64,000 bases of DNA from Paramecium tetraurelia. Its lineage: Eukaryota. Below, piece by piece: positions 42,700 through 56,001 of the stretch. The stretch is from the NCBI GenBank assembly GCA_000165425.1, contig CT868097.1:130867-194866 (forward strand), read 5' to 3'. Position numbers and translations under genes: made by a program. The stretch's first letter is position 1; the number at the start of each line of letters is the position of its first letter. A model generated the notes under the pieces. The model ran no database searches, was not told where the DNA came from, and worked only from the letters and a program-made list of their open reading frames with translations.

Positions 42700-43600
42700 A
42701 TGGATCACTAACAAGGTTTTCTTAAGTTAAGGGTTTTATTTTGAATTTTACCATAACAAACCTAATTAGATATATCGTAAAAGAACTTACAAACAGGTAG
42801 GTTGTGTATAGTATATACTCTTTCTAGAAAAACTTCGAAAATGAATCCAAGTCTATCATTTAAAGAAATTAAATCAATTATCTCTGAAGATATAGCTCTC
42901 AACTCAAGCTGTGATTGCAGTGATGATGGAGGAAAGATTTAAAGAAATTATTTACGAAATATGATAACCATAGCTTGATATAAAATCAAGATTTTTATTT
43001 GGATAAATTTCCAAGATGTTTAGACACTCGTCTATTATCTATCAAATCATTCTATATAAAATTATTCATATCATCTACCATATACATAATTATGACAGCA
43101 GTAAAGCAAAGATCAAATTTATGGCATTCAATCATCTTCTTTAAATGGTATATGTTAAAAGAGTTCTGTCTAAATTAGTGAATTCTAAACCAATAAAATA
43201 GTAATAATAAGTGTTTTAATCGTCACCTCAGACAACATCTGAGTTTAATTAGAAGGCACAGAACTTACAGCCTTATAAATCAAAAGATATACGAAATCCT
43301 TTGATAGGATAAAAATTGAAAACTGAATCCATTATTTAACACTAGTAGTAACAATCCCCTATGGATACAAAGAAGTCTTATTATCCAAGGTTTATAAAAT
43401 AAGCCAAATTTCTGTGACAGGAATTTTAAATTTGTCAGAGAGAATGGAAAAAAAACCTGTAAATAAACTAGCTGCTTTAGCAAGTAAATATAAATTTCCT
43501 GATAATCAAAAACTAAGAACATTGACTTAAAGAATTGAGTGTATTTATTCAAAAAAATCTGATTTGAAACTTAAAGAGAACGTTAAGAGACAAAATTGAT
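42700..43600 (+). pseudogene. possible decayed gene remnant
   Basis: Coding-like composition and an intron-like GTAGG..TTCTAG, but TGA stops in every frame tried and coding-like segments that switch frame. Confidence 0.3.
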
Positions 43601-43615
43601 TTTTATTATTAAATT

Positions 43616-46469
43616 ATGAAAAAATAAAGAGTGTAGCAATAATCGAGATTTCCAATGACTGCAAGACCATTATAAAAATTTGATTTGGAAACAGAAGAAT
43701 AAATAGAATAGAGATTCAATGAATTCTTGAATGAAGCTCAAAATGAAACAATAAAATTAGTAACAGTTTAGAAGGGAAAATAAAGAAGATTGGCTCTTAA
43801 TCAAAACAAGAAGAGAACAATCAAGGAAAGTTAAATGGTTGAATAATCATCATATGATGGAGAGAATCAATCTCATGAGGATGAGATAATTGAATTAGAA
43901 ACCAAACCCTAAAAGAAAATTAGTCAAAAGCATGAGGAATTTTATAAATTTTTTGTGGATCGATACTTCCATAAATAAGAGGTGAAATAATCTGCTTCTA
44001 CTTAAACTTTAACAAACGATGTAAACTTTTTAGTTAACAGATATGGAGATGTATACTTAATAATGTAATTTAGTTTTTACAAAATTCACTAATGTCTAGT
44101 TTAATTATTGATACTCTAAAACACAAGTTCTAGAATCAAGTTCCTATGTATGATCATATTGGAACTGCATAAAAGATCTTGCAATCATTTAATGTATCAG
44201 CTGTTACTTTATGTAACATGAAAACTCCAGAAGAACGATAAACCTACTTACTTAATAGTTTTTAATAGAAATGTGATTCATTAATGAATGAATGGACTCT
44301 TAAAATAGCAAAGAAAGACAAACAATTATTATAGATCGATAAGTAATTTACTCTCACAAGAATGAAAAATCGCAAAGAACAAAATGATCTATTTAAATGG
44401 TTGACCTTAAAAAGTAAATATTAGGTTCTCTAAAAAAAGTTAAGAGAAATGCTTATGGAAAAAATTAATGAATATGAAAATCAAATTAAAATAGCAGAAG
44501 CCATTAGCTAAAATAAAAAGGTTAATTTAACAGGCATCGAGACTATTTAAACTTCGTAAATTGTAAAAAATAATAATTTCTATTCTCAAACCAATACAGA
44601 CATATTTTAATGGAATCCTTTACTTGAATCTAAATTTCAGAAGGAAAGATTGAAAGCTCAATATACATACAATTCAGCAATTAATTCGAGCAATTTCAAT
44701 CAAGTCGCTTTTATGTAGATATTTGATTAAGTAAAAATTGAAGATCCTGTTTATCTACAAAGAGAAGTAAAAATGTAAAAATATATGAATGGGGATTGGT
44801 TAACCCCATAAGAAATGAAATTTCTTGCAAATACTTCAGAACTACTGAATAAATGCGTAGATTAAAAGCAAGTCAAGAAAGTTGTAATGCATATCAAGGA
44901 AAGATAACTCTATGATTTAGAAAATTATTTAGCATAATAAATCATTTAGAATCATTAATCACTTAATTACTAAATTTAACAAGCTAGATCAATATGGTTA
45001 AAAGAACAAACGAAAATAAGAAAACAATAAATCAAGTCACATGATTAATAAATTTAAGAATAAATTAAGCATGCTAAAACACTAAAAGAGCACGACAAAA
45101 AAGTGAAGAAGCTTCAAAGAATTTGCAAAAAATTAGAAGAGAATATCTCAATCAAAGATTAAGTATATAGGAACTTCTTTGCTTTAATTTTTGTTAGGAA
45201 AGTAATCTAGAAGGTTGAGTATCTTAGATTCATTAAAATGGAAAAAAGTAATATGTTTGTTAAAGAAACATTGGCTGAATAAGAAAAACTGAGACTTCAT
45301 AAAGAAAGATTAAAATAACTATCAATACCATATAATTACGAAGAAGACAAACGTAGAAAGTATCATCCTTCATCTAAAGTTGGGTTTGTTCCTACTCAAG
45401 GTATGACAGCTGATGATTGGGAGAGTTTAGAGGGTCTTAAATTGGCAGAAAGACTTAAGATACTTAAGGAGAAAGAAAATTAATATCGATTAGGAGTATT
45501 ATCAATATAAAACAATAAAAAAGAGAACTTTATGAAATTTTATTCTTCTGGACCTAATAAAGCTTTTAGGTAAGATCCCATTTTTGATCCTCTTAATCCT
45601 AATGATCCTCCTAAGTTGACAGATAAAGAATTAAATTCAATCATTATGATTCAGAGGGCTATTCGGAAAAGAATAGCATTTAAAAAATTAAAGGAACTAT
45701 AAAGAGCTATTTTTTCAAAATAAACTTAGAATTTATCATGAAAAATTATTTAGACTGAATTCAGAAAAAGAGTTCTAATCCAATGTCAAGGAGATGACTC
45801 TATAATTAATTTCTAAACCTCAAATTAGAATTAAGACTTCATCAAACAGAATTAAATCTGAAGTTTCTTTATCTAAATCAACGAGAAGTAAATTAAAAAC
45901 TGAAGAGACTGCTGAACCATCATCAATCGGATTTGGAAGATAAGGGAGGCTAGTTACAACTCAAAATTTATCAAAAGTGAAACAACTTCTTGTTAAACAT
46001 GAAAGACTTCTTAGATATTCCAAGTCCAATTAGCCTAATCATATTCTAAAGTCAGGATTCTATTATACATAAGATGATATAGATGTCATGGATCAAGATG
46101 GAAATACCGCATTATATTATGCTTCTATGTATGGAAACAATATACTAATTGATTTTATGCTAAAACATGGTGCTAATCCCAATGTATTATGCAGTGATGG
46201 AACCCCTATGCATATGGCAGTCAAATCGAATAAAATTGATGTAAATTTGATTTATACATAATTAGGTGATTTATTTATTATTAAATAATGGTGGAAGCTT
46301 AAATATTGTTAATCAATAGAACTGCACTCCTTTGGTTTATGCTACTGACAAAATATTAAAATAATTGGGCATGAAATCAAAAGGTGTTGTTTCTGTTTCC
46401 AAATAATTTACAGAGATTAAAAATGATGAAATTCTTTATTCTAAAGACTTTGCTCTTTAATGTGATTGA
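43616..46469 (+). CDS. coiled-coil protein with IQ motif and C-terminal ankyrin repeats (apparent +1 frame break at ~45710-45725)
   Basis: IQ motif IIMIQRAIRKRIAFKKL (45640-45690); ankyrin DQDGNTALYYASMYGN..GANPN..DGTPMHMAV..NCTPLVYA; tiny introns near 44065 and 46241. Confidence 0.75.
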
Positions 46470-46644
46470 TGATTTTATTTTATTCTTCAATTGTTTTTTT
46501 TTGACGCATTTTTAGGCTCAATAATATATTACTGAAATTTAATGCTTATCAAATATAAATTTATTTAAATAAATTTTATATGATTGGTAAAATAATGAAA
46601 AATAAACTAATAATTAAATCTTTATAAAAAAACTAAATAGTATT

Positions 46645-47076
46645 ATGGCAGACGTATTGCTCATTATTATTTCAAATAGCCTATCAAAATTGTAATGTGC
46701 ATTCTTTGTTGTCCATAGTGGTTCAGTTACTACTCTTTTTTGCATAATTGTGCTAGAACATGTGATATTACGTCAAAGAGTACTAGATTTACTCAACTTA
46801 TTTAGTCTTTAAAGGCATAGGAAGTACACTTTGGAAAGTATTATTCGTTCTGTTCATGGCATTTTGTGGATTCGAACTTGTAAATTGTGTGCTGTGCATA
46901 GTAGGATGTGTTCATTGCTTTGGAGCTCCCTTTTAGGTTTGAATTTAAATTATTTTTAACAGGCATATCAAGGAGGCAGCACTTGGGTAGATTCTTTTCA
47001 TAAAATGGTCCTGGAACCTAGTTGTGACTTCGAAGGGAAAATAAGTGACATTCTTGGGAAAATGTTTAAACATTGA
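46645..47076 (+). CDS. small cysteine-rich hydrophobic (membrane) protein
   Basis: MADPIKIVMCILCCPQWFSYYSFLHNC..LWKVLFVLFMAFCGFELVNCVLCIVGCVHCFG..MFKH after removing three 26-nt introns (first at 46654-46679). Confidence 0.8.
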
Positions 47077-47905
47077 TTATGATTATTGCAAAAATGCATA
47101 ATTATCAAAATTTCCAATTTAATACATCTCATATTTATTTGATATTTAATATCAAAAATGAGTTTGAAAAAGACCTCAAAATGAAAAAATGAAGAATAAA
47201 ACAAATTGATTAAATTAAATCCAATATTAACTCAATAGTTTTAAGAATCACACATCTAAACTAAAGAAGTCTTAATAAGATTAAGTACAAGCAAATTGCT
47301 ATCTTTTAAATTTCAATATTATTAAATGAGTTATTAAGAACAAAATATGATAAAATAAATAACACATTATAGTTAAGAGATAAAATAAACTAGCCATTAT
47401 TAAAATTTGATTTCCTATTACTTTATTGAAGGTATTTTAAATTATAAAACTTAGATATTTAAAATTAAAGATCCTATATAGTTGCTCTAATAAGCACATG
47501 TCAGAAAATTACTCTTCTAAAATAATGTCGAAAGATACCTCTGTTTGTTTAAGAGATGCATAAATTACTAATTTAAATTTAGGGATTTTTTAATCTTCCA
47601 CTAAGGTTTTGTGGTCGCTTATTATATTCGAATAAAATAGAAATAATATATCATGTTTCAAAGATATATCTTCTCTATTTAATATTATGATATATTAATT
47701 CATTCTTGGCAATTTTAGATTAATCCACAGGGAACATTGAATTACAATATAATGAAAAGAAAGTATTATTAAGATCAAAGTGGGGTTTCTTGTGGTCATT
47801 CCCAAAACAATCTTTATTTCATGAGATTAAACCTGAACCTGTTGCCAGTATATGCATTTAGATTTTATATAAATTTTAATTATTAAAAATTATATTGAAA
47901 AAGGG

Positions 47906-50500
47906 ATGTAATTAAATGATGATCAATAAATTGATAAAGAAGATTAATTTAATAATAATTAGTTTATATCTATAAGATAAGTGTCTCTAAGATTGAATGT
48001 ATATAAGGTTCACAAATTAGATTTTAATTATCAGAAGAGAACAAAAGTAATTAATTAATTCATTAACAATGAATAAAATTATCAGATGACAGAATAATGC
48101 AACAAATATGAACAGCCTTAAAAAAATTAATATTAAAATTTTACAAAGGATCATAAGATAAATACTATTATGGGTTATAAATAAATTGAGGATGATGAAT
48201 CATTTTTAGGGAGGATTATGCAAGAAATTCTATGGCTAACAAAATTAGCTAATAATGAATCAAGCAAATAAGAAGGGCAGGATAAATATTAAGCTGTAAA
48301 AAATTTTTAATTTTAAGGCAACATCATGGATGAATGAGATGGCTCAAAAATCTGAAGAGATCAGCGATTTCTGTTAATAGATTTAAGAAGTCTATAAGGG
48401 CATAAATTAAATTTTAAAAAATTTTTCATAAAAATCAGATGAAGATAAAGCCAAAGAAAACTTTCAGCATGTCGTTTTATTGAATTAGAATGAGAATAAA
48501 TATTGTTGGAGATTTTTACATGTTAGCTCATTCGTTTAAAATTTATTATTCTAAGATTATAGCTAAAATAAGTTGAAAAGTTTACGCTCAATATATATAA
48601 ATTTTACAGGAGAAACCTACTAAAAACACATTGATTTTTGGAGTTTGAGTCATCATAAAAATAAAAAACTATCAAAATTTATTACATTATATCCCCTTAA
48701 CTATAACGGTAAAGAATAATATTCGATATCATATAGCTTCTGATTAATAATAAGAAAATGAATTCACAAATGAAAATCAAAACAAAGCTTAATATAACTC
48801 TTTTCAAACTATGATAAACGTTAAGAAAAATACAAATCAGTAAACAATCTTTCCTATTTTTTATAAGTCAATATTGTCATAATCATAGATTCAAATAATT
48901 TATTCTACTTTATTGTTACCAATAATTAATTCTTTTTAACCATAATTTATTTATTTAGATCTGTAGATTTCAAATAAGTTTTAAATTTAATTAGAAGGGG
49001 TTGAATATTTATTAAGATAACTTTAAAAAAAAGCAAACTTGATTGTGTATCCGTGTTACAAAGTTACAATAAATAATAAAGATGTTTTAGATACTGAATT
49101 ATAAAATTCCTATTTAAATGCAGTTTTATCAGGTATATCTGGATTTAAAATGATGAAAACAAAAACTTTAAATGATAATACTCCTTAAGAGAATTTTAAT
49201 TGGGCTAATTTAATGTACAAATCCTTTTATCAATCAGATGCATTTATGTAAAAACAAACTTAATTTTTAAAAACTTAAGCCATACTATATGATAGATTCA
49301 CGTAGTATTATGAGGTCTATCAATTTCCTATTAGATTAGAAAATGATCTTATGTCATGGATAATTCCATTTGACATTTACCTTTCATGTAAATAATTTAC
49401 AAACTATTATTGCTTTTACCATTTAAATTATGTTATTTTGTTTGATCAGAATACTAAATCAATTTTTTATTAGGAGATATCAACTATCCCTAAAAATATA
49501 ATCAATGGCCTAATCAAATAAAAATTGTAATTTATTTAAATAACATATTAGCCTTCATGCAAATGTACCAAAACATTTAATCGAACCAAGCATATTGATT
49601 ATTGGTAAATACTTAATTATTGTTTATGGCCATGAGAAATCACTTCATGAGTCTAAATTTTTTGATGGAATTCTAATATTTGATTTTGAGGAACTTGAAG
49701 AATTTAAAGAATACTAACGAGTGCCTGATGAAAATACAAAGGATCTTTTGGGATGTATTAGGAATAGAAGATGTCCTTAAATTTGTTAAAACAATGGATT
49801 TAAAATTGAGGAGCATTAATTATCATTCTTTCTTATAGGTGGTGAATTTATGAAGTAAATTGAATAATTAATTAGATCTGATAATAATAAGAACTATATT
49901 GAGGTAGTTAATGTTGACTTAAAGACCTAAAAATTCAAATCATATCCGATATAATTTAAGTTGGTACATTCTTAAGCGTCTTTAAAGCCCTGGCCCTATT
50001 AATTAGTTTTTGAGTATAGTTTTTAAAATGTCCATTTATATTTGATTCAAACTGGAAGTTATCTTTTAAAACGAAATAAATTTTAGTATCCCATAGACCC
50101 TATTTATCATAATTACTCATAGCTTCTAGTTTAATAAGATAATTAATATTCATTATACGATATAAGAGTTGTTAAGAAAAAAGATAAGGAATATTATTTA
50201 AAGATAGAATAGCTTTACAGTCCTTCTAGAAATTGGATACTTGAAATAAGCTAATGTTCATAATCTAAAATTGTTTGGAAGGCCTACTTAACAAGGTTAG
50301 TAAAACTGAAGAATCCTTCTAAGTGGGAAATCTTAAAAACATATAAACCATTGTTTTTGGATATAAATTGCAATACTTATTTTTAAATTTGTATAGAGCT
50401 AACAATTAATTTGATAATTCCTAATAACCATTTAGATTTTAAAAATTACACAGTTGAGTTGGATTATGAAATAATGTCTTTGTAAAAAATAAATGATTGA
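47906..50500 (+). CDS. hypothetical protein (~840 aa), possible Kelch-like beta-propeller in the C-terminal half
   Basis: Continuous code-6 frame after removing introns 48296-48317, 48709-48736 and ~49527-49550; YLIIVYGH and FFLIGGE are reminiscent of Kelch blades. Confidence 0.6.
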
Positions 50501-50522
50501 TGCTATTTTTATAAATATATTT

Positions 50523-51485
50523 ATGAATATATAAGATAATAGAAGAATTTCTTATCATAAAAAAGAAGGATAGATGAAAAAGACCACAGCCTTGACATAT
50601 TTTTCTATAATAGCATTTTCACTCACAACTTTTGTTTTCCTAATTAAGGGCAGCATTGATAGTTACGATTAATCCAATCTTTCCAAGAGTGAATGTCCTC
50701 AAAATTATACTGATCTTAAAGGAACTCACAAACTCTTAGCTAGAATAAATAGAGACAATACAAAGAATCCCCAGTATACATAGGTAATTGAAAGTTAGAT
50801 TTTAAGGGATTATTGTTTGTAAATTAGACATTTCTTCTTGAATCCTCAGGATAATATGGAAAAAGTTCAATTCATTATTTAAATTTGGATGATATCAATA
50901 ACTTAATCTTTAATTATGAATTGCCATCCAATTAATTTGGAGAAGGATGCGATATAATAAATAACAAAGTTTATCAATTGACTTGGTTAGAGAGAAAAAT
51001 GTAAGAATAATTAAATAATTTCAAGAAATGTATTCAATGCAGAGGATTTAAGTTTTATAAATGAGATGAAATTAGATGATAAAGTAGAGGCAGGATGGGG
51101 GTTAACCCACAGAGTTTTTAACGGAGAAATCTAAGTGTTGATAACAGATGGTTCCAATAAAGTGCATATAGCAGATGAAAATTTTAATGTTAAAGAGTCT
51201 ATTTAGATATTTGATGATAAAAAGAAGCCAGTCACTAACTTAAATGAATTGGAATATGTTAATGGAACCTTATTTGCAAATATCTATTTAACATCCAAGA
51301 TTGTTGCCATAGATTTAGAAAATAAGAAAGTCATAGCAACATATGATTTCCAAGGATTGGTTAAAGATGCTAATAGGAAAAAAAGAGATGAATGTTTGAA
51401 TGGTATAGCATATAATGAATATACTGATTCATTTTGGATAACAGGGAAAAATTGGGGATTTATTTAAGAGGTTAAATTACAATGA
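50523..51485 (+). CDS. glutaminyl-peptide cyclotransferase, plant/bacterial beta-propeller type, with N-terminal membrane anchor
   Basis: YTQGL, LLESSGQYGKSSI, FGEGC, YQLTW, GWGLT, TDGS, LNELEYVNGTLFANIY, LNGIAY, ITGKNW; two tiny introns; alternative start ATG 50574. Confidence 0.93.
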
Positions 51486-51842
51486 ACTTTATATTTTACA
51501 TATGCAAGATTTAAATATGCACAACATTGTATTTCTAGAAATAAATAACATTTAAAATAAATTTTGACATGCTCCTTTAAATAAACAGTCTTCATTTATC
51601 ATTAAAATTCTTTAGATTAATAATTACTTAAAGTTGTTAAAAGCTAAATTGTATTAAAAATCTACTTGCAAATAATATATTAAAATGCAAAGAGCAGACT
51701 CAAATAATTTATTATGGAGAGTAAATTTGTAAGAATCCCTAGGGTTTTGAATTCTTTTAAATGCCAGACATTAATGAAAACTGATTGAATGAGTAAAGCA
51801 GAAAGGATTGTGATAATAAAATATATATTAAAAATTAAAATA

Positions 51843-54666
51843 ATGGGAAATGCTGTTTTATGTTAGGAACCAAAGAAAAAGCCGACAAGAGGTAAATAAA
51901 GCGATAGGGCTCCAAAAAAAGTTGAAATAAGTGAAAGTGCTCCTTAATCTCAAAGAGTGTAACAGCAACAATAAGTGAAAACTCCAAAAACTTAATAAGT
52001 TGATAGTTATAATTGTCAAGTTCATTCTGATGAACCAATAAAAGCTGTTTGTATGTGTGATGATTGCTAACACAATAATAAAATTTTATGTGTAGAATGC
52101 TTGATAGATTATCCTTGTAGCAAGAAACTCCGAATTTCAGATTATCTCAGACATTTACGAAGCTGTTTATCAAAGGATGCATAGGAGGCATTTATGGAAT
52201 TGTTCGATGAGAAGAATCAGGTTAAGTCTGATTTGAATAGGCAAATTACGGCTGTGATTGAGATGGTGTTAACTAAATTGTCATCTATTGGATAACAATA
52301 TGTTCCAATTTTGATTACCAATTATTATTGGGCCTCTTAGAAACTACCATTGAAATTGAAAGAGTCTACGATACATTAGCTTGAGCTTATTTTAGAGAGT
52401 CTCTTCACAATTATAATATGACTATTTTAGATAAGGCAAATGAGGCTCATTCAGAAACTCTAGATTTTGCAATCTATTTAATTCAGAACAAAGGAGTAGT
52501 GGAGACAATGTGCGAATAAATAGAGAGGAAGAAAAATAAAATAACAGAATTTTCAAATGACTTTGTATTTAAGTTTAATTAAGTAGTAAACAAATATTTG
52601 ACAGCAATAGAAGTAATTGATTAACACTTATTATAGTTTTTATTTCACCTATTGACCACCCCCATGGAGTATCTATTAGACGAGGATTAGAAGCCCTAAT
52701 TAATGAACAAGAGAGTCGCTCAAAATAAGGATTAATCAAATATACAAAGCAGAATTAAATAGAATGAAGATAAATCAAATATCACTTCTCCAAAGGAGTC
52801 TTAACAGTTAAATAATTAGTAAAACTAATAATAGCAACAGAAAATAAACTTCAAGTGTTTGGCACATAATTAAGAAGTAAAATTCAATTAAAATTAGATA
52901 GGTGTTAGCCATTTGTGTGAAAATAGATTGTCAACATAAGGATAGAAAAATGTGTGCAGATTGTTTAATAGACACAAAATGTGTGGACAGAATGAAGATG
53001 AGTGAGTTTAGTGCTAGACTAAGTAGGATTATGAATAAGGAGATCATTGAACAATTGGCTATTCCTTGGGATGACTTAAGTATCCACAAAGGGATCGAAA
53101 AGCTATTTAGTACAGCTGGAGATAACATTAAAAATACATTAACAGAATAAATTGTTACTGTTAAAGATATGTTCGTCAAATATCATTTAATAGAAGATTC
53201 TACTCCTAAGGAGTTGAGAGGATAGTTTACTAAGGAGTACTTTGATCAATTTATACATATGATGACTGTATAGTATATTATTTAAATTACCTTTTTTAGA
53301 AAAATAGCATCAAATAACCCTGCTGTCATATTAGGAATCAAGTTCATTAACAATAAATAGTTAATAGACAACATGTTGAGTGCCATAGTCAAGACTGAAC
53401 AAGTGTTACCTAAAAAGGCTGACAAATTACAACACAAACTAGTCAGTGTTAGTTAATTGTTTTTGGAGAAGATCCAAAATCTGATGGATCTTTATAAATA
53501 ACATGGTGAGATAGAAGCCATCTAAAAATAATATCAACTGTTGAATAATGAGCCATTTTGTTTAGAAGAAAGCATATATAAAATAAAATAAGATGGTAAG
53601 AGTTTGAGTGAATGGGAACCCTTTCACTTTTTTAAACCATCTGATAAAAATATTATTGATGTGTGTTTTGTTAATGAAAACCTAGCAGCCATAGCAATTA
53701 TTGATGGAACTATTATCATTTACAATGTAAATTTAAAAAAACCTACTCAAGTTTTAAAACATGGGATATTTGTTTTTTCCTTGAGAGCCTTCTAATTTAA
53801 TGGATAATCGGTATTACTTTCTAGTGGATATTCTCCATAAACAGGTAATTCATTATGTAGTTGGGATTTAAAAAGTTTGAAGCCAACATTTATTGTATCA
53901 TAGGCTCATAACAACTCGATTAGAAAAATAAAATATTTGCATATCAATCCTCAATTCTCACAAAACTTCTTTAGTAACAATAACACAACGGTAGGTTAAC
54001 TAGGCAGTCAAGTATCTTAGACTGGAAGCATGAATAGCATATTCATAGATATCGATGAGTAAATACTTTCCTGTTCTGATGATGGAATTATTAAATTGTG
54101 GAAGATAGACACTAATTTAAAACTCGTTGAAGAACAAATACTAAAATAAGGACAACAAGTCTTGGATTTCACTCTATTAAATGGTTGTATTCTAGTTTCT
54201 GCAAATAATGATAAAACTGTATCAATATCATTACCATTTTCCAATATCAATCCATTTTAATACATCAACGATGATTGTCTTGTCTATGCTGTTTCCCCAA
54301 TCGACTAACTAATTTCAAAAAAGAAATAGACAGTCTAATAAAAGTTTATTACTGGTAACGAGAAGGGCATTGCTAAAATATTCTAATGGTAAAATGGAAG
54401 AGCTGTAATTATGAAATAACTAAACTTACACGAAGATAAAATTACTAAAATTTCTATGTATGGCTTCATAATACATTAGGTTATAACCAGGATTTATAGC
54501 AAGCGTAAGCAACGATAAATCAATAAGTTTAACATTAATACAATAGGCTAAGGTACTTACCAAAATAGAGAAACATGAACATGGAATTGTCTCATTTGCT
54601 TACCTCAAAGCTAATGGATTTATGATAACAGCTGATCAAGGAGGAAATGCTATACTTTGGAGATGA
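51843..54666 (+). CDS. N-acylated protein with two B-box-like Zn-finger/helical units and C-terminal WD40 repeats
   Basis: MGNAVLC start; CQVH..VCMCDDCQH..LCVECL and CLAH..ICVKIDCQH..MCADCL; WD blades (LSCSDDGIIKLWK, ITADQGGNAILWR); several tiny introns. Confidence 0.85.
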
Positions 54667-54938
54667 ATATTAATTATTAAAATATATAAATTGTTCTACT
54701 AAAACTTTGAGAAATAACAAATCATAATCATCAACAAATATTATATCTTCTTATCAAATACTACAAGATAATCACTATTTTGTAATTCATATTTTTAATA
54801 TTTATATAAAACTATTCTAAAATAAGAATTACTCAATTTTTCTTTTATTAAGCTATAATAATAAGACGATTTGTTGGTTTCCCCTTATGTTATTAGTATT
54901 TACTATATATTATTAAAATTATTTGTTTAATAACTTAT

Positions 54939-55567
54939 ATGAGTGATTAATTAAATTTTAATCTTAAACTTTTTAGAGAAAGGATAACTGATAAATACTA
55001 AAGAAACTCTTCAAATACAAAGATAGGACAAAGCAATTAATTAAGTAGTCAAAGAAAATCATACAAACTAAAGTAATTTTTAATTTTATTGTAGAGCTCC
55101 AAATCTTGATTCATTTAGTAGCAGATGGTAAAATGGCAGTGTTAATCAGTTCAAACCAGATTCCCGTGTTTGTTCTCCAAAACACTTATAATCCCCTGAA
55201 ACTTATCATGGAATGCAATAGAAGTTAAAATAAAATTTATTTTAGAATAAAAACTATAACAACTTCTCCTTAGAGATTTGATAGTAATCGTTTTGGACAT
55301 CCTTTACGAAGTCCTTAATCTTTACTTATACCATTTTAGGGATCTTATTAATCACCTAAAGCATAAACTGATAGAAATGAATTTTAAGAATTAAAAAGAT
55401 ATAACTCCAATAATGATATTACTGAAATGGTACCTTTCTATGATTTAGTTAATATAAGGAATAAATTAGAAAGTTGTGATATTAAGTCTGCACATATATC
55501 ACCTACTTATCTCAATGAAATTGTGAAATTAGCACAAAAAATCAATACATAATTATAGAAAAAATGA
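54939..55567 (+). CDS. hypothetical protein
   Basis: ATG 54939, two 22-nt introns (55073-55094, 55224-55245), ends YLNEIVKLAQKINTQLQKK-TGA. Confidence 0.75.
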
Positions 55568-56001
55568 TAATGTTAAATATATTTTTAAATAATATTATTA
55601 AATGTAGCCACAGAATTGCTAATTCTACTATTATTTAACAGTTGTCAAAGATGGTCTAATAATCTGAAGATTTTCATTTCCATTCTCTTAAATTCTCAAA
55701 GAATTATTAATAACTGTCTATTTATTATTCTTTGATTTTTGGAACTTGAAATAAAAATGTTTAAGAGAAAAATCTTTAAAATTCAATTTATAATGACCTC
55801 AAGAAATTATTATATTGAATTTTATAGCTATCCAAATTGAAATTTGTGTTGAATTGTTAAATAAAGTTGTAATTGTTAATTTTATTTTATAATTATCCAA
55901 ATAGGAATGTTTAATAACAGTCAGATGAGTTGATATAACGAGAATAGTAATTTTTGATATTAATCTAGAAAACAAATTTTATTTATTGAATGGGTATTAA
56001 A

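Noticed and set aside
46700..46745. Possible frameshift in the small Cys-rich gene
   Set aside because: Careful counting of the T run gives a continuous frame
48640..48655. Apparent in-frame TGA suggesting selenocysteine
   Set aside because: A recount shows the coding frame here is different (FWSLSHHK), and a 28-nt intron at 48709-48736 joins the frames
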